From Podarcis filfolensis (lineage: Eukaryota): a stretch of DNA of 64,000 bases. The notes under the pieces are model-generated. The model had not been told where the DNA came from and did not search any database. It saw only the letters and a list, made by a program, of their open reading frames with translations. The translations under genes were made by a program, and so were the position numbers. Shown here one piece after another: positions 12,001-25,700 of the stretch (position 1 is the first letter of the stretch; every line of letters begins with the position of its first letter). The stretch is taken from NCBI GenBank assembly GCA_964270895.1, contig OZ185443.1. The stretch is one strand, 5' to 3'.

Positions 12001-15000
12001 TTTCATGGCAATGTTTATAGATAAATACAGAAATTTATAATAAAGTATTTATCAAAGATTTTTTTGTGGCGGTGGCATTTTACAAATCCATTATGATGAT
12101 ATTTGTGCACAGATATTGTCAGTAAAATAAACTTTAAGAGTGTTCAAAGCAGTATAAATATACATTCCACTAGAGGTATTATTTACAAAGTTCACTGCAG
12201 TTTTCTTCTTTGTGTTAGAGTCAAGTCCAGCCTTTGTTGACCTGGTTCCATGCTGTTGGGGGCTGATGAGATTAGGTACCAGGTTGACAAAAACTGGTTG
12301 GCACAAGGAGGAACAATGAATGAACATTGTAAATTACCTTTTCATTATTGAGGCAGGCCAGGTTTAAATACCCCAGAAGCAAACTAGAGTGAAACCTTTT
12401 GGCTCAGTTGGGACCGCCGCCTGGGTAGAGCCCTGCATCCAGCCTGGCTGTGATTGGCCAGATGTTGGGCAGGCTAGCATCCACTTCCCAGGCCAGCGTG
12501 AGGCCAGTTTGGAGTCGCTATGGCCTAGGAAAACACCTTCTGCCATGTTCCACACTGGATCATGGTACGAAGCAGGCACCATCCCACAAAGGCACCAGAC
12601 CTTAAAGGTAAGTGTCGCTGTAAATTGCCTTTTCATTATTTGTATATTTTAAAAGCTGTATTTGCTTATAAAATTATTTTTAAAATATCCACTGTAAAAT
12701 ATTTGTGCTGCGTCATGTTAGTGAAATCTACAAAACTGTGTATGGCTTGATCTTTTTCCTGGGCGTATCAGTTCTGCGACAGAAAGAGAAATAAATTCAA
12801 CTGTTGTCACCTAACTAATGTTCTAAGGTTTATTGAAGGAGAGAAAGCTATAGAACTGCAATTATTTCCTATGGTGGCTGAGGGAGAGAGAAAAATTGCT
12901 CTGAGAGAAGACAATACTGTAATTCAGAGAGATCACTATCTGATACCCATCTGTCATTCACTCAACAATAAAGTAATTATACATAGTATTTCCTTTCTGT
13001 AAATCTGGTATTAGAGCTTGAAAGAGATAATATTAAGTGGTAAAAAAACCCAACCTTGAATAAAAACTAAATTTAAAGTGAAGATTAAAATGCTTGGAAT
13101 ATCATGTTTCTTTGCTCTATCTGGGCAGGAAAACAGTATATTTGGATCTGATGGACCTTGACATCTAAGTAGGAAATCATATGGAAATTCAGATGTGAGA
13201 TCTCTATCCATTATTAACACCGGATTGTTAAGCTGGGCTGTTCAGTATTGCCACTGATCCTATTATGCCATTTCAATGCGTTTCAAATTGAGGGCAGCTG
13301 AATGCGGGGAAAGGAGCTCTGAACAATGGCAGCAGTCGCTCCCAAGATCCCAAAATTTATCCTGTTTCCCAAGCATCTAATTCCTCCTTATGGAGATCAA
13401 CACAGAAGTGAGAAATGGCTCTGTACACACACCATACATTTAACTCTCACACCCCTGAAACCGGGGAACCATAATTTGTTAAGGTTGCTGGGAACTGACG
13501 CCCTGTGAGGAATAAGCTGCAATCTCCCACCACCCATTTAGGGTTTTTGTTCAAACAATTCTTTTGTATTTCTTCAAACTTGAGACCCTCATGATACCTT
13601 CCTCTTGCATGTGGGTGATGATGTTTGAGCTGCATGAAGACTCACACTTGGAGAATGTGTTTGCTATTGGTATATATAGCATGGCATTGTTTTTTTTAAG
13701 TTAGGGAGCACTCTTTTAAGTTCTAGTTTCTTTGAGTTTTGATGTTGTCTTTCATTTTGACAATGTGCAGCAATGCACACTGTGGGGCATTAGACTGCGG
13801 AAGGACCTGGATTCCGGGACTCTGGGAGTGATGTGCTGCTAACCTGCTCTCCTGGACAGATCTCAGGGGGAGCCACTTTTGTGTGTTCACAGCAGAAACT
13901 GGCTCTGCATTGTGAAGGTTGACAGGAAATCAGTGATATTACAAACATATTACAGTTGTTACTCCTTTTTTTGTTTTCTTTAAAGTCATGAATATACATT
14001 TGATTTTATAAATGCACGTGCAATGTTTTCTAAACATTTCTAAAGTATCAAGAATGATCAAAACAGGCTGCTGAATCATGATTTATTGCACCCCACTTTC
14101 AAAGGTGATGGAAATCTGGGCTTGACCTGCAGGAGGGGAAAGCACACAGCCAGTTTTATTCCTTTGTACAATATGCACCATTTAGCTTCTCTCTCTCCCC
14201 CCCCCCCCCCCGCAGCCTTATGGGTATATTGCAGGACAAGAGCCTAAAAAACTGGTCAGGAAACCATGAGTATCAATTGTATGGGCTGCATGCAAGGGGT
14301 CTCCATTCGTCCCTGATGAACAGTTGATGGGGCCAGAAAGTAGAGTAAGCTACAGGTGTCTAGGCTAAAGTCAATACAGGCATACCTCAGATATATTGTG
14401 AGTTCACTTCATGCCACCGCAATAAAGCAAATAATGCAATAAAGTCAGTAACACATTTTTGTTTGTTTGTTTCCCATTGCATATCAAAGTTATGTTTACA
14501 TTATACTGTGGTCTATTAAATGTGCAATCGCATTACGTTTTACAAAAACAATGTGCATGCCTTAATTAAAGAAATACTTTAATGCTAAAAAATGCTAACC
14601 ATCACCTGAGCCTTCAGCAAGTTAAAATCTTTTTTCTGATGCAGGGTCTTGCCTGCAGCTGCACCCATGTCCTTGTAAGGTGCAGCAGGAGTTGCTTTGC
14701 AGCAAGGACAGGCTCCTGCATCCTTCTCTCCAAGTCCTTCAATTTGTTTTTTTTTAAAAAAAAAACCAAAACAACCCCGCAATATTTTTGAAGAGCAGTA
14801 AAGTGGTGTGAAGTTAAATGAGGTATACCTGTATAAATACTTGATCCGACTGGAGTTCTGCGTATTGGTGATGCAGATTCATGCTACTGCAAGGACAGCA
14901 AACCAAAGGTTCTGTCAGTATATTCATGTATGTTCTGCATTAAATTCTTTTAAGTAAGACATGTGCTTGATAAAGGAAATGCTTAAATTGAATTTCAAAA

Positions 15001-18000
15001 GGTAATCAGTGACCTGTTGATCTGTAACATCACAGGTGCAAGCTGTTGATGACTCCTTTTTAAAAAAAGCTTCATAAACAGGTAGTCAAACAGGTAGTCA
15101 AGAGAAAAAGCCAATCCTTTGATCTTGGTTTTCCAGATACGGCTGAACAGTATGGCATTTGCAGCAAGCCCTTGATCATACACTAGTAGTAAACTGTGGG
15201 TTCTGTGTTATTTTCTTGTTCTTCAGAAGCATGCCTTCTGATCATGTGTAGCTGAACAAAGGATCCAGTTGTACGGTAATGCGCTTTGAAGACAGAGATG
15301 CAAACAACTTGTGATTTTATAAGGAAGCGGAAATCTTACCATGGTTCTCTACTACAGGAATGTTTAAGTGGCATGGCAGGCAGAACAGGTTTTGGGTCCA
15401 GTGCTTATGTTTTTAAATAATCAAGGGAACAACAAGGTTATCCAGATAGCCTGAGTAAACACAGTAAAGTTTTCTTTGAGGAAAACAGAAATAGATTTTA
15501 AATTAACTGTTGGCTCAAAAGATTTCACTGCCATAAAAAAAAAGTGTTGAGTTAGCTTAAGAAACTGTATGTATTTGTGGATGATACTAAGTAAATAAAA
15601 GGATTTTAGGGGAAAGGCATTACCTTCTTTGTTATAGTTGCTGCTTCATTAGCTCACATTTCAGAGCAGTGTAACTTTTCCAGTTTTTTTTCTTTTTAAT
15701 TTACAAACATTGTTATCTGCTGATAAATTTCCTTATAAAGAAACGTTTGAAAATGTGTTTAAAATAGCTTGTTTTTAAAATTAAAATGGAACATTGTATA
15801 TGCATATATACATATAAACAGTATCAAATCTTGCATAGAGTTAATGTTTATGATTCTATAAAGGTGTTCCCTTCTAACCAAGGTGGAATCTAGAAACATA
15901 TAAAAAACGCTGTGATTTAAAAAAAAAATTAAAAAAAGTTTTGAAAAAAGTTTTGAAAAATATATTCAATTTGCCATAGCTCACCATCACCATCTAGTGT
16001 CACATTTGTATAATGCACTTTGCAACACACTTAAAATCTTTCATTTGTAGCTGTATAGCAGAGTCCCAAGCTTTGCTAGAGGCAGAGAAGAGTGAGTGCT
16101 AAATTACAAAAGCAACCTCAGTCTGTCATTCTCTGCTCCTTCTGACACCATTTATGCTGTTGGATGTGTGCTCATTAAGGCATTAGTGGCAATTGTTTCA
16201 CAATCTGGCCACCTACTTAAGGAAATCATTGAGCGAGAAAAGTCTTTAAAGGCTCTTATTATTTATCCTATTTGCTGTGGCCTGTCTTTGAAAGATTGTT
16301 CTAGAGATACCATGGGCAGAATAAGTTCATGTGGAATATTTCACTGCCATAAGAAAAATGACTTCATTGTTACTGGGCTACCTTACTGTAAAAATTTCCT
16401 GGCTTTATTTATTTTGCATTATTGGCTTTTCTTGGTAGAGATGGAAAATGAAGAACAAGAAAAGCACATATTTTCTCTTCTGACTGGGGTGTAGCTCTAG
16501 CTACAAGGGTTGTTGTCTTGCTAAGAGAGAAGAGGAGATATGTTAGATAGGCCTCTGTTCTCTTCCAGTTATTAGTGGGTTCCGCCTCAAAGCTTGCTGG
16601 CAGTGTGTTTAGGTCCATCTAGCAAGAGTGGATTATATTTCAGAGACAAGTGATTAAATCCCTGTAATAACTGAGGCGTGACTAGGGTCATGTTCTGAAG
16701 GCCTCCAGTCATGTCTGTTTAGTAGTCTCCTAATTAATTTTTGTATGAATGGGAAGAGTAACTGTATTTAATTAAAATGTTGAGGATGCTATATAATTGC
16801 ACCTGCGCTGCTCTTTTTAGTTTCTGTGCACAAACTGTACACTGAGGCATGCACACTTTGTGCTTAATTCATTAAGCAACAGGAACTGTTACTATTGAGC
16901 CGCCATTGTTTTCTAGTGGTGCTTACAGTGGGCGTCCCAGGACAGCCCCACTAAAAGGAATAGAAGTTGCACCAGTGGCAGTGCTGTGGTGGACAAACAG
17001 TATATACAAAACAAAAGAAACGGGGGTGGGGTGGTTTTCCGGCATCATTGATGTCTTGACCACACTTGCAAGGTTGGCTGGTCATCTGTCATGTATGATC
17101 TAATTGAGATTCCTACATTGCAGGAAGTTGGACTTGTGTGGCCCTCAGGGTCCCTTCACACTTCTATGATTTTGTGCTTCTTCTACTATATCCTATTATG
17201 GCTTGGGCTCTCTCGTGATTGGCACACCACAGGGGGTGGGGGTTGAAAATAGGGGATTGTACTCCTAAGCTTTAGATATTATGTGCAGGTGCTTCGTTAC
17301 AGTTCCACTAATGCAAATGCTGGGAGGGAGTTGCCCTTTGGGAGAATGATCTGAGAGTGAGATCAGGATCTGGCCCTGTGCCCACAAATATTTATATAAA
17401 TATATTTATTCTGAAATGTATTTATGGCATAGATCTTAATTGCCGAGGGCTGCACAAATGAAAATATGTACAACATAAATATCTCACGGCATATGTGCAT
17501 AGCAACAGAAACACAGACATTTATATACCAACAGCTGCTCATTGCAATTTGCAACATGGTTTGAAGCTGCTTATCACTATTTGAAACTAGCAATTCCTTT
17601 GCCTCTGATTTCTTATTTTGTCCCTTGTTTGGTTTGCTAAATCACAGGAAGCTAAATATTGCAGACAGCTCACTTGGATATAGGCAAAATATCCAGTGAG
17701 GCAAATTGGTAGTATTTTTCTCACCCAAATATTCTGAATGTGTTAGCACTAATATTCTGAATGTGTTAGCACCACTAATCATAGCGTTGTTGGGCAGGGA
17801 CTGTATTATATTCCACCAGCAAACTTAGGTGTGCTGATAAGGTAAGGTCTGCAATTTGAGTTTAGGTATTTCCCTTTCCATCTTCACAATGTGACAGATC
17901 TCATTGATCTGATAGGATGTAAGGAACATTTTCTTTATACATTTTGTGAGAGAACTGGATTGTCTCATATTGTGACTTGGGTCAAGGCTGAGCTGAAAGT

Positions 18001-21000
18001 AGTTGTCAGAGGTGATCCAAAAGCCAAGAACTGACCGAGAAGTCAGACCTGAGCGACCAAGCTAGGAATTGGATCTCGGGAACAATCCCAGTAGTCAGTG
18101 TCAAGGAATGCAGGGTTTGGTGGGGGACACCAGGAAGACCTTGATGCTCAGGGAAGGTCCCTGTCCAAACAAAGAGAGTGCAATGTTGAGTTTGGATGGG
18201 TGGGGTCAAGTTACTCAGGTCCCAGAGCTGACAGCTCACTACACGGGGCAGCTGCACAGCGCCCTGTGGATAGCTCACTTGGTAGAGCATGAGGCTCTCA
18301 ATCTCAGGGTGGTGGGTTTGAACCCCGTGTTGGGCAAAAGATACCTGCATTGCAGGTGGTTGGATCAAAGGGCCCTCAGGGTCCCTTCTAGCGCTTTGAT
18401 TCTATGAACGCTGCTGGTTCTAGTCTGGGCAGCTGTTACCACCTAAGCCAGTATTCTCACTGTGCCTGGAAGAGCATCTATTGGATCTGTGAAGAATATA
18501 AGCATCAACCATGGAAGCAGGTTTATAAACATTTAACTATGTGTGCTTCCAGACGTATGTTTATTGTGGGATTAGAGCTGTGTTTTTTATCATCATACAC
18601 ACAAAATCAGCAGCAAAGTGCTAGCCTGTATTCCCACCCCCATTTAATCCAGATTTATGCTTTCTTTGGAAAATCCAATTAAGTTTGAAGTAAGCCTGTC
18701 GCCAGTTATAATTGGTGACATCTCCCATTTGTAGTATTCAGCTCCTGTCAAGAAACACCCTAAGTTTGGAGAAAGTGTCCCCTCCCCATGTTTTATTTAA
18801 GTATCTACTGACAAGCGAACTCCAATTGGTGAGGAGCTGGCTTGGCATTCTTTGCCATTATTGCCTCCTGGGTGGTCAGCTCACAGCTGAACCAACTGCC
18901 TATGGCGAAGTGCTGTGTTGTGCAAACGGTTAGGCTAAGAGACGTTCCATCTCCTGCAGTTGTCCAGTATCTGTGGGTTTGTCTGCAGTCTTGTCCCCCC
19001 TGCTGCCACCCCTGGAAATATCCCCTCTTTGTGCATAAAAGTGCCTATATATTGAGGTGCGAGCCAGGCAATCATAGCAGAGTGAGATGAAAAGTGAATG
19101 TGTGACTTTACAGAGAGTACTGTTTCCAGACACACTCTCTGTGGGTGACTGGCCCAGTACTTCAGAGCTGTTGTTCCCTACAGAATATATACTTCACTTT
19201 TTAATACCCGATCACCAGTTAAATCAATTTTAAAGGTTTTTAGAGTGCTTCAGGCTAGGAAAACCAAAGTAAGCATCCTCAAGCAGGACTGACACAATTA
19301 TTGTCTGTATGAAGATAGAGGAGCTGCCTTGAGGGCCGCATTGGAACTAAGCAGAATAGCAATTTAAAAACTGAGTCCAAAGGCTGCTGTATTCACTGTG
19401 TTAGACAAAGTTTAATGACATTGCTTTCAATTGAAAACGAAGACGTTCCCCATCCACCTGCCCAGCTAATTAATGTGCTGAGCTGCTAAATTAGGGCTAG
19501 TTTCAGTCAGTCTTGTGATGTTTGATCTCTTACACTAAACAGTGGGGTGACTACTTAAGCCCATTTTCACTCTGGCCTTTTCCCTGACCTGATTTGTAAC
19601 TTTTGGGATTCTTCCTGATAAAAGGCAAGTCTTTCACTTTGAGGAATGAAGAATAATACCATGTGTATAGTAAATAAAGGACTCTATTTTGGCAACAATT
19701 TTTGTTAATTGCCAAAAAATCATTTTTTAAAAAATCATTTTGTTCCTTTGGTTGCGTAGTTCTAACTCATTTTACTTACAAGAGATTTCCCTAAACGGAT
19801 TGCCCTGTTGATTCATTAGTTTGCAAGTTACAGGTTTGTTACCTGATCACTGTCTTTTGGGAAATTGATGAGCTCTTACCTCTTTTCTCCTTTTTTATGT
19901 TCTGCATCTAGAACCCGCTTTTTACTTTGGTGACACAGAGTATCATGTGGCTGAGAGTGCTGGCCACATCGAAGTTCGTGTTTGGAGAACTGGAACTGAC
20001 CTGTCTAAAGCAGCTACTGTCACTGTGCGCTCCAGGAAAACAGAACCATTATCTGCAGAAGGTGAACTAATTTTTCCAAGGAGCATTACTAATGTGCTGT
20101 ATCTCAACATTGATCTCTGCCCTGTGCAGATGTCATCTTTAAGTGCAGATACGCTTGCATTGTGCATTATCCAGACATATGCAGATTTTCCCAAGAAAAT
20201 CTCAGCACACATTTTCAATAAATAGCTGCCCACAATACTCCCCAACAGTTTCCTTCAGACACTGTGACTCCAGAGTGTGGAATTATGGGCAAAACTATAA
20301 GAGAACTTAATATTTTTATTTTTAGAGTGCAACTGAGGAATTTAATTGGTTTAATCCAACTAACCTAAGAATAACAATAAGACAAAAATCTGATTTGCTA
20401 AAAATTAATGTAATGGTTAATAATTGTTAATGAGCTGCACTAAAAGCTACTAAAGAGCTTGCAGATGAAATATCAGCCTCTGTCTATAATTTCTGAGAAT
20501 TATTGGAAAATAGATGAGATACCTGCAGAGTGGAGGCAGGCAAATGTTATCCCCATCTTCAAAAGTGGGGTTAAAAAAGACTCAGGTAAGACTCAGGTGA
20601 CCAACCAGTCAGCTTAATGTTGATTCCAGGAAATGTCCTAGAACAGATAATTAAACGGCTGGTCTATGAGCACTTAGAACCAAGCCCTATGAAGAACTGT
20701 TGAGGGAGTTGGGTATGTTTAGCCTCGGAAAGAGGAGACTGGGGAGATATCATGGCTGTCTTTAAATAACTAAAGATGGAAGATGGAGCAAGCTTGATTT
20801 CTCCTGCTTTGGAGAGTAAGACCCGAATCAATGGCTTCCAAGTTACAAGAAAGGAGATTCTAACGAAACATCAGGCAGACTTTTCTGATGGTAGGAGCTA
20901 TTTGACAGTGGAACAGACATCCGCAAGAAGTGGTGGACTCTACTTGTACCTTTTTAAGCAGATGTTGGGTGGTCCCCTGTCATGCATGATTTAGTTGTGG

Positions 21001-22683
21001 TTCCTGCAAAGCAGGGAGTTGGACTAGATGATCCTCGGGATCCCTTCCAACTCTACAATTCTATAATTCTATGAATAAAATAAATATTAATTTAATAAGA
21101 CAGTTGTAAAATCTAATGGATGTGATTTGAAATAGTCCCTCTTGCTTCTTATGTAGCTGGAGTTGATTACGTTGGCATCAGCCGAAACCTGGATTTTGTA
21201 CCTGGTGTAAATATGCAGACTTTCCGTGTGACCATCTTGGATGATTTAGGACAGCCTGTCCTTGAGGGACCAGAAAAGTTTGAACTTGTTCTCCGAATGC
21301 CCATGAATGCAGTGCTTGGGGAACCAAGCAAAACCACCATTTTCATCAATGATACCATCACTGATTGTAAGTACTCTAGATTCTACAACCTTTCAATTGC
21401 CTAGAAAATTCACTAAGGGGAAAGTTGTTTGTGGCTGCAATCCCAAACACATTTATTAAGTCCCATTGAACACAGTGTGGCTTACTTCCAAGTAAACATG
21501 CATAGGAACTGCTGCGGTTTCCACATTTGTGCTCCCAGCACACACACACACACACACACCTAATTATATTATGCACACACATATGCACATCAGTAATCCT
21601 GTGTAACTGCTGATATGAACTTAACGTTTTAACTTTTCCCCAGTATGAATGTAAGACAAAGGTGATGAATTACAATGAAATGGCCCCATATGAATCTGAA
21701 TCATATGGTGATCATAGCGAGATATAAAAAGACTAACTCATGATGCTGGAATGCTTTCCTCCCCACTAGTACCCAAAGTCCAATTCAAGGAACCTGTGTA
21801 CACAGTGAATGAAAAAGATGGGCAGCTGGCAGCTATAATTTACCGTAGTGGTGATGTTAATCATAAATCTACAGTCCGCTGCTACACCCGCCAAGGCTCT
21901 GCCCAGGTTATGATGGACTATGAAGAGAGACCAAACACTGATGACTCTGTAGTGGTCTTCCTCCCAGGTAAGGTCTCATCCTTAGAAAGCAAGAGTTTCC
22001 CTTGCAAGGAAGCTATTGCATTTTCAAAATTTATCATGAAAGGGCTTGTTTTTATTTATAACTGACAAAAGTTTGTAGCAACTATAGGTTGTTCCATGCT
22101 TCCTTTTTTTATTGTGCATTCGTGACAGTATCTGTACCAGGGCAGTTAGACGAAATCCTTCTTTCAGTGATAATTTGCAGTTGCAAAAGTTTCAAGTTCC
22201 AGTTGGTGCATGTTCTGTAGCTTCCTGATGAAAAACTGCAACCTATACCACAAATGTTGTTGCTTTGTCCTGCTCCTGTTGTGCTGTACTGCAAGAGCCC
22301 TCCTCCAGATGCCAATAATGTGACAGCAATGAGGAAGCATCACAGAACAACTAGGAAAGCAAAATTATGTGGCCCAATATAAATCCACTACTAATGCACT
22401 GCTATTGTGTTAGTGACATGTTACAACCCCACCCCACCCCCGCTAGTCCAAAGGGGCCCTAAGTCTGCAATCCTATACATGCACATACCAGGGAATAAAT
22501 CCCATTGAATTCAGTTGTGCTTGCTTTAGATTAAACATGCAGCTCAGTTTTGTTGTTGGAAAATTAACATACAAATATTAAATCATTTTTTAAGATTCAA
22601 AGGAGCTTCAAAGGGAGACTGCAATGTGAAGCCAGTGAATTACATTCTGGGCAATTCCCCCTCTACTGTAGTCTTTAATGTTC

Positions 22684-22721
<38 letters not shown>

Positions 22722-25700
22722 AGCATCAGAAGAGGGGAAGATAATGTTCTATGGTGTGAGCTGACTTTTTCTTGCACAACATTGGAGACAACCCAGCATA
22801 TATTTAATTTGGAAAGTGGAGTTAGATTGTAGGTGCTACCCAAAATATGTATGTCAACTAATCTGGTGTTTTGCCTCCTGCAGGAGAGATTGAGAAGCCG
22901 TGTGTGGTGGTCCTTGAAGATGATGCCATCTATGAAGAGGAGGAAGAGTTCAGACTGGTGCTTGGAACACCTAAAAGCACTTCAACATTTGGTGCCTCCG
23001 TTGGGGAACAAAAAGAAACTTTGGTGAAGATTAAAGATGAAGAAGACAGTGAGTTTATGAGCCACTTTGTACTCATTACATATTGTCAGATCAAAGGTGT
23101 GGGATTAAATGGAACAAAGCATTAGTTTATTTTCTCATTTGCCCTGCATTCAAGTACAGTTGTTTTTTAATTGCTTGTGTAAAAATAGCATTGTTCCCAG
23201 TAGTATAATCAATTTTTGTTGAAAAAATATCATGTTACTGAAAAACCATAGCCATACACTCCCCCAAGTGAATATTGGTGATTTTAAAATGTAAAGAAAG
23301 CTTAATCCAATATCTGAAACAAGATAAAACAAGAAAATGAAAAGGGGGTGCAGGATGTATAGGTGAATTAATTTTATTTCTGTGTTCTTTGTTGCTGTCC
23401 TGACTGACAACTCATTGCTTTTCTTTTCTTTTTTTTGGTGTGGTTTGATGGCTTTGTGTGCACATTTTTTGTTGTTCATCGCCAGAGACACCCTATAAGC
23501 ACTAAGGATACAATCCTACATGTGTCCTTCAGACAATTCTGCCTATGTATAAATAAAATTATTAAACAGGAGAGAGTGATGTTTTTCAGTTCTCTTGCAG
23601 AACCAGTGATTAAGTTCTCCGAAATCAAATACAGCATTCAAGAACCTCAAGAACCTGGGGAGATTGCAGTTGTAAAGATTCCAGTCTTGCGCGTGGGGGA
23701 CAGTTCCAAAGTTTCCATTGTGAGAATCCATACTAAAGATGGTTCAGCTACCTCTGGAGAAGACTATAATCCAATGTCTGACGGTGAGGCTTTCCTCTGA
23801 ATCTTAGAAAAATTAAGTAAATATTATTTATTTACACACACACACACACACACACCACCTTTCATATGAATGCAGATTATAATTTTAAACCAGTAAAAAC
23901 ACATTATAAATTAGCTCAGTTGAATGCAAATTAAAATACAGCTGAGTGCACAACAGCTAAGGCCTTCTCTTCCGTTGGTCACCACCAGAGGTAGTTCCAC
24001 AGGCTGTGGTACAACCAAGAGGGCATCGCCCTGAGAATTTCAGTAGCCTGGGCGCGGCCTATATGGGTGCAGGTATTTCCTCCACTGACCAGATTGTTAA
24101 GTGTTTTTTAAAGTCAGCAACAGACACTTAAGCTTGACTCAGTAGCAAATTGGCATCTAGTGCTGCTTATTTAGCAGAGATGTTTCATAATCAAAGTAGG
24201 CTGCTCCTGTTAGCAACCCAACTGCTGCATTTTACACAAGCTAAAGCAGGGGTCAGCAAACTTGTTCAGCAGGGGGCCGGTCCACTGTCCCTCAGACCTT
24301 GTGGGTGGACTTTTTTTTTGGGGGGGGGGGAAATGAATGAATTCATATGCCCCACAAATAACCCAGAGAGGCATTTTAAATAACAGCACACATTCTACTC
24401 ATGTAAAAACATGCTGATTCCCGGACTGTCCGCAGGCCGGATTTAGAAGGTGATTGGGCCTTAGTTTGCCTACCCATGAGCTAAAGCTTCCAGACCAACC
24501 TTAAGGGCAGCCCTACACAGTGTGTATTACAACAGTCCAATCCTTAGGTTACCAGTGCATGGATCCCTCTGGTCATCTGATCCCTGTCCAGAATCTGGCA
24601 CAACAGCCAAAACTGAGAAAGGGTGCCTTCAGCCGCTGCTAACCTCCACTGACAACAATGAGCACCCTTAGACTATTCGTACTAGTCCTAGGTATTTTGC
24701 TTGGTTTTTAGCAGTTGGTTTTCTGCCAGCCAGGTGCCCAACATGAGTTTGACACGGTGTGTGAGGAGCCAAGACTGTTGCCTTTTGGAACCTAGCCTAA
24801 CTGTGCTGATGACCGGAGAGGGAAAGTTTAGTTCTTTCTATAATATATCTTCATTTCAGATATTGAATTCAAAGAAGGAGAAACAGAGCACTTTGTTGAG
24901 GTTGAAGTTTTGTATGATGGAGTGAGAGAAATTCGTGAAGCATTCACAGTGCACTTGAAACCAGATGAGAATATGGTAGCTGAGACACAGGTAAGAACTA
25001 GGTTATTTTTGGTTAGTTGTGGACACAATTGCCTTTGATCATGATGATTCAGAAACAGCAACAAATAAAAGTGTCGCTGTTTTTTGACTTCCTTAGATGC
25101 CAGTTTTGAGGACCAAACTAGACTGGAAGCCTAGGATCAGGTCTCCTGCTTTTTTAAAAAAAAAACACCTTTGGTATCAGATACGCAGGACCTCAAATCT
25201 AAACAGAACTGTGACACTGAAGGAAGTTTCATCCTTCTCCCTTTTACCTAATTTGAAATCCTTCCCCCTAGGTGCTATTTGAGAAATGTGTTCAAATACA
25301 ATCTAATCGTACCTAGTTGGACCCTCAATGAAAAATACCTATTTTTATTATGTGCCTAATCTGTGCTCAAACATTATCTGTTTCGTGGCAGAACTTCTTT
25401 CACATACAAACAGCCATCTGATGTCATCTGGCTGTTTGTTTGCTTTTATTAAAAGTTTTGGAAATTGTATCCTGTATGAGTTAGCTTAGTGCATTTTTTA
25501 AAAAAGATACCTTGTAACAGACATAGGGTGGATCCAAGTGTTTCCTTACTCCAGTGGAAAGGAACTTTTCTGCTCCATCTTGCAAAGGTTGCAGTATAAA
25601 AGTTTGCAGTAGAAGCAGCATGCCTGCAGATGGAACCTTCTTTTCTGCCTTTCCTTTCAGATGAACAAAGCTATTGTGTACATTGAAGAAATGGACAGTG

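Noticed and set aside
18261-18335. Functional tRNA-Lys gene
   Set aside because: Stems and the B-box are mutated (GGTTTGAACC) and it runs straight into a CR1 tail, so it is a SINE head.
22626-22832. ORF with HT repeats
   Set aside because: Translation of the (AC)18 microsatellite.
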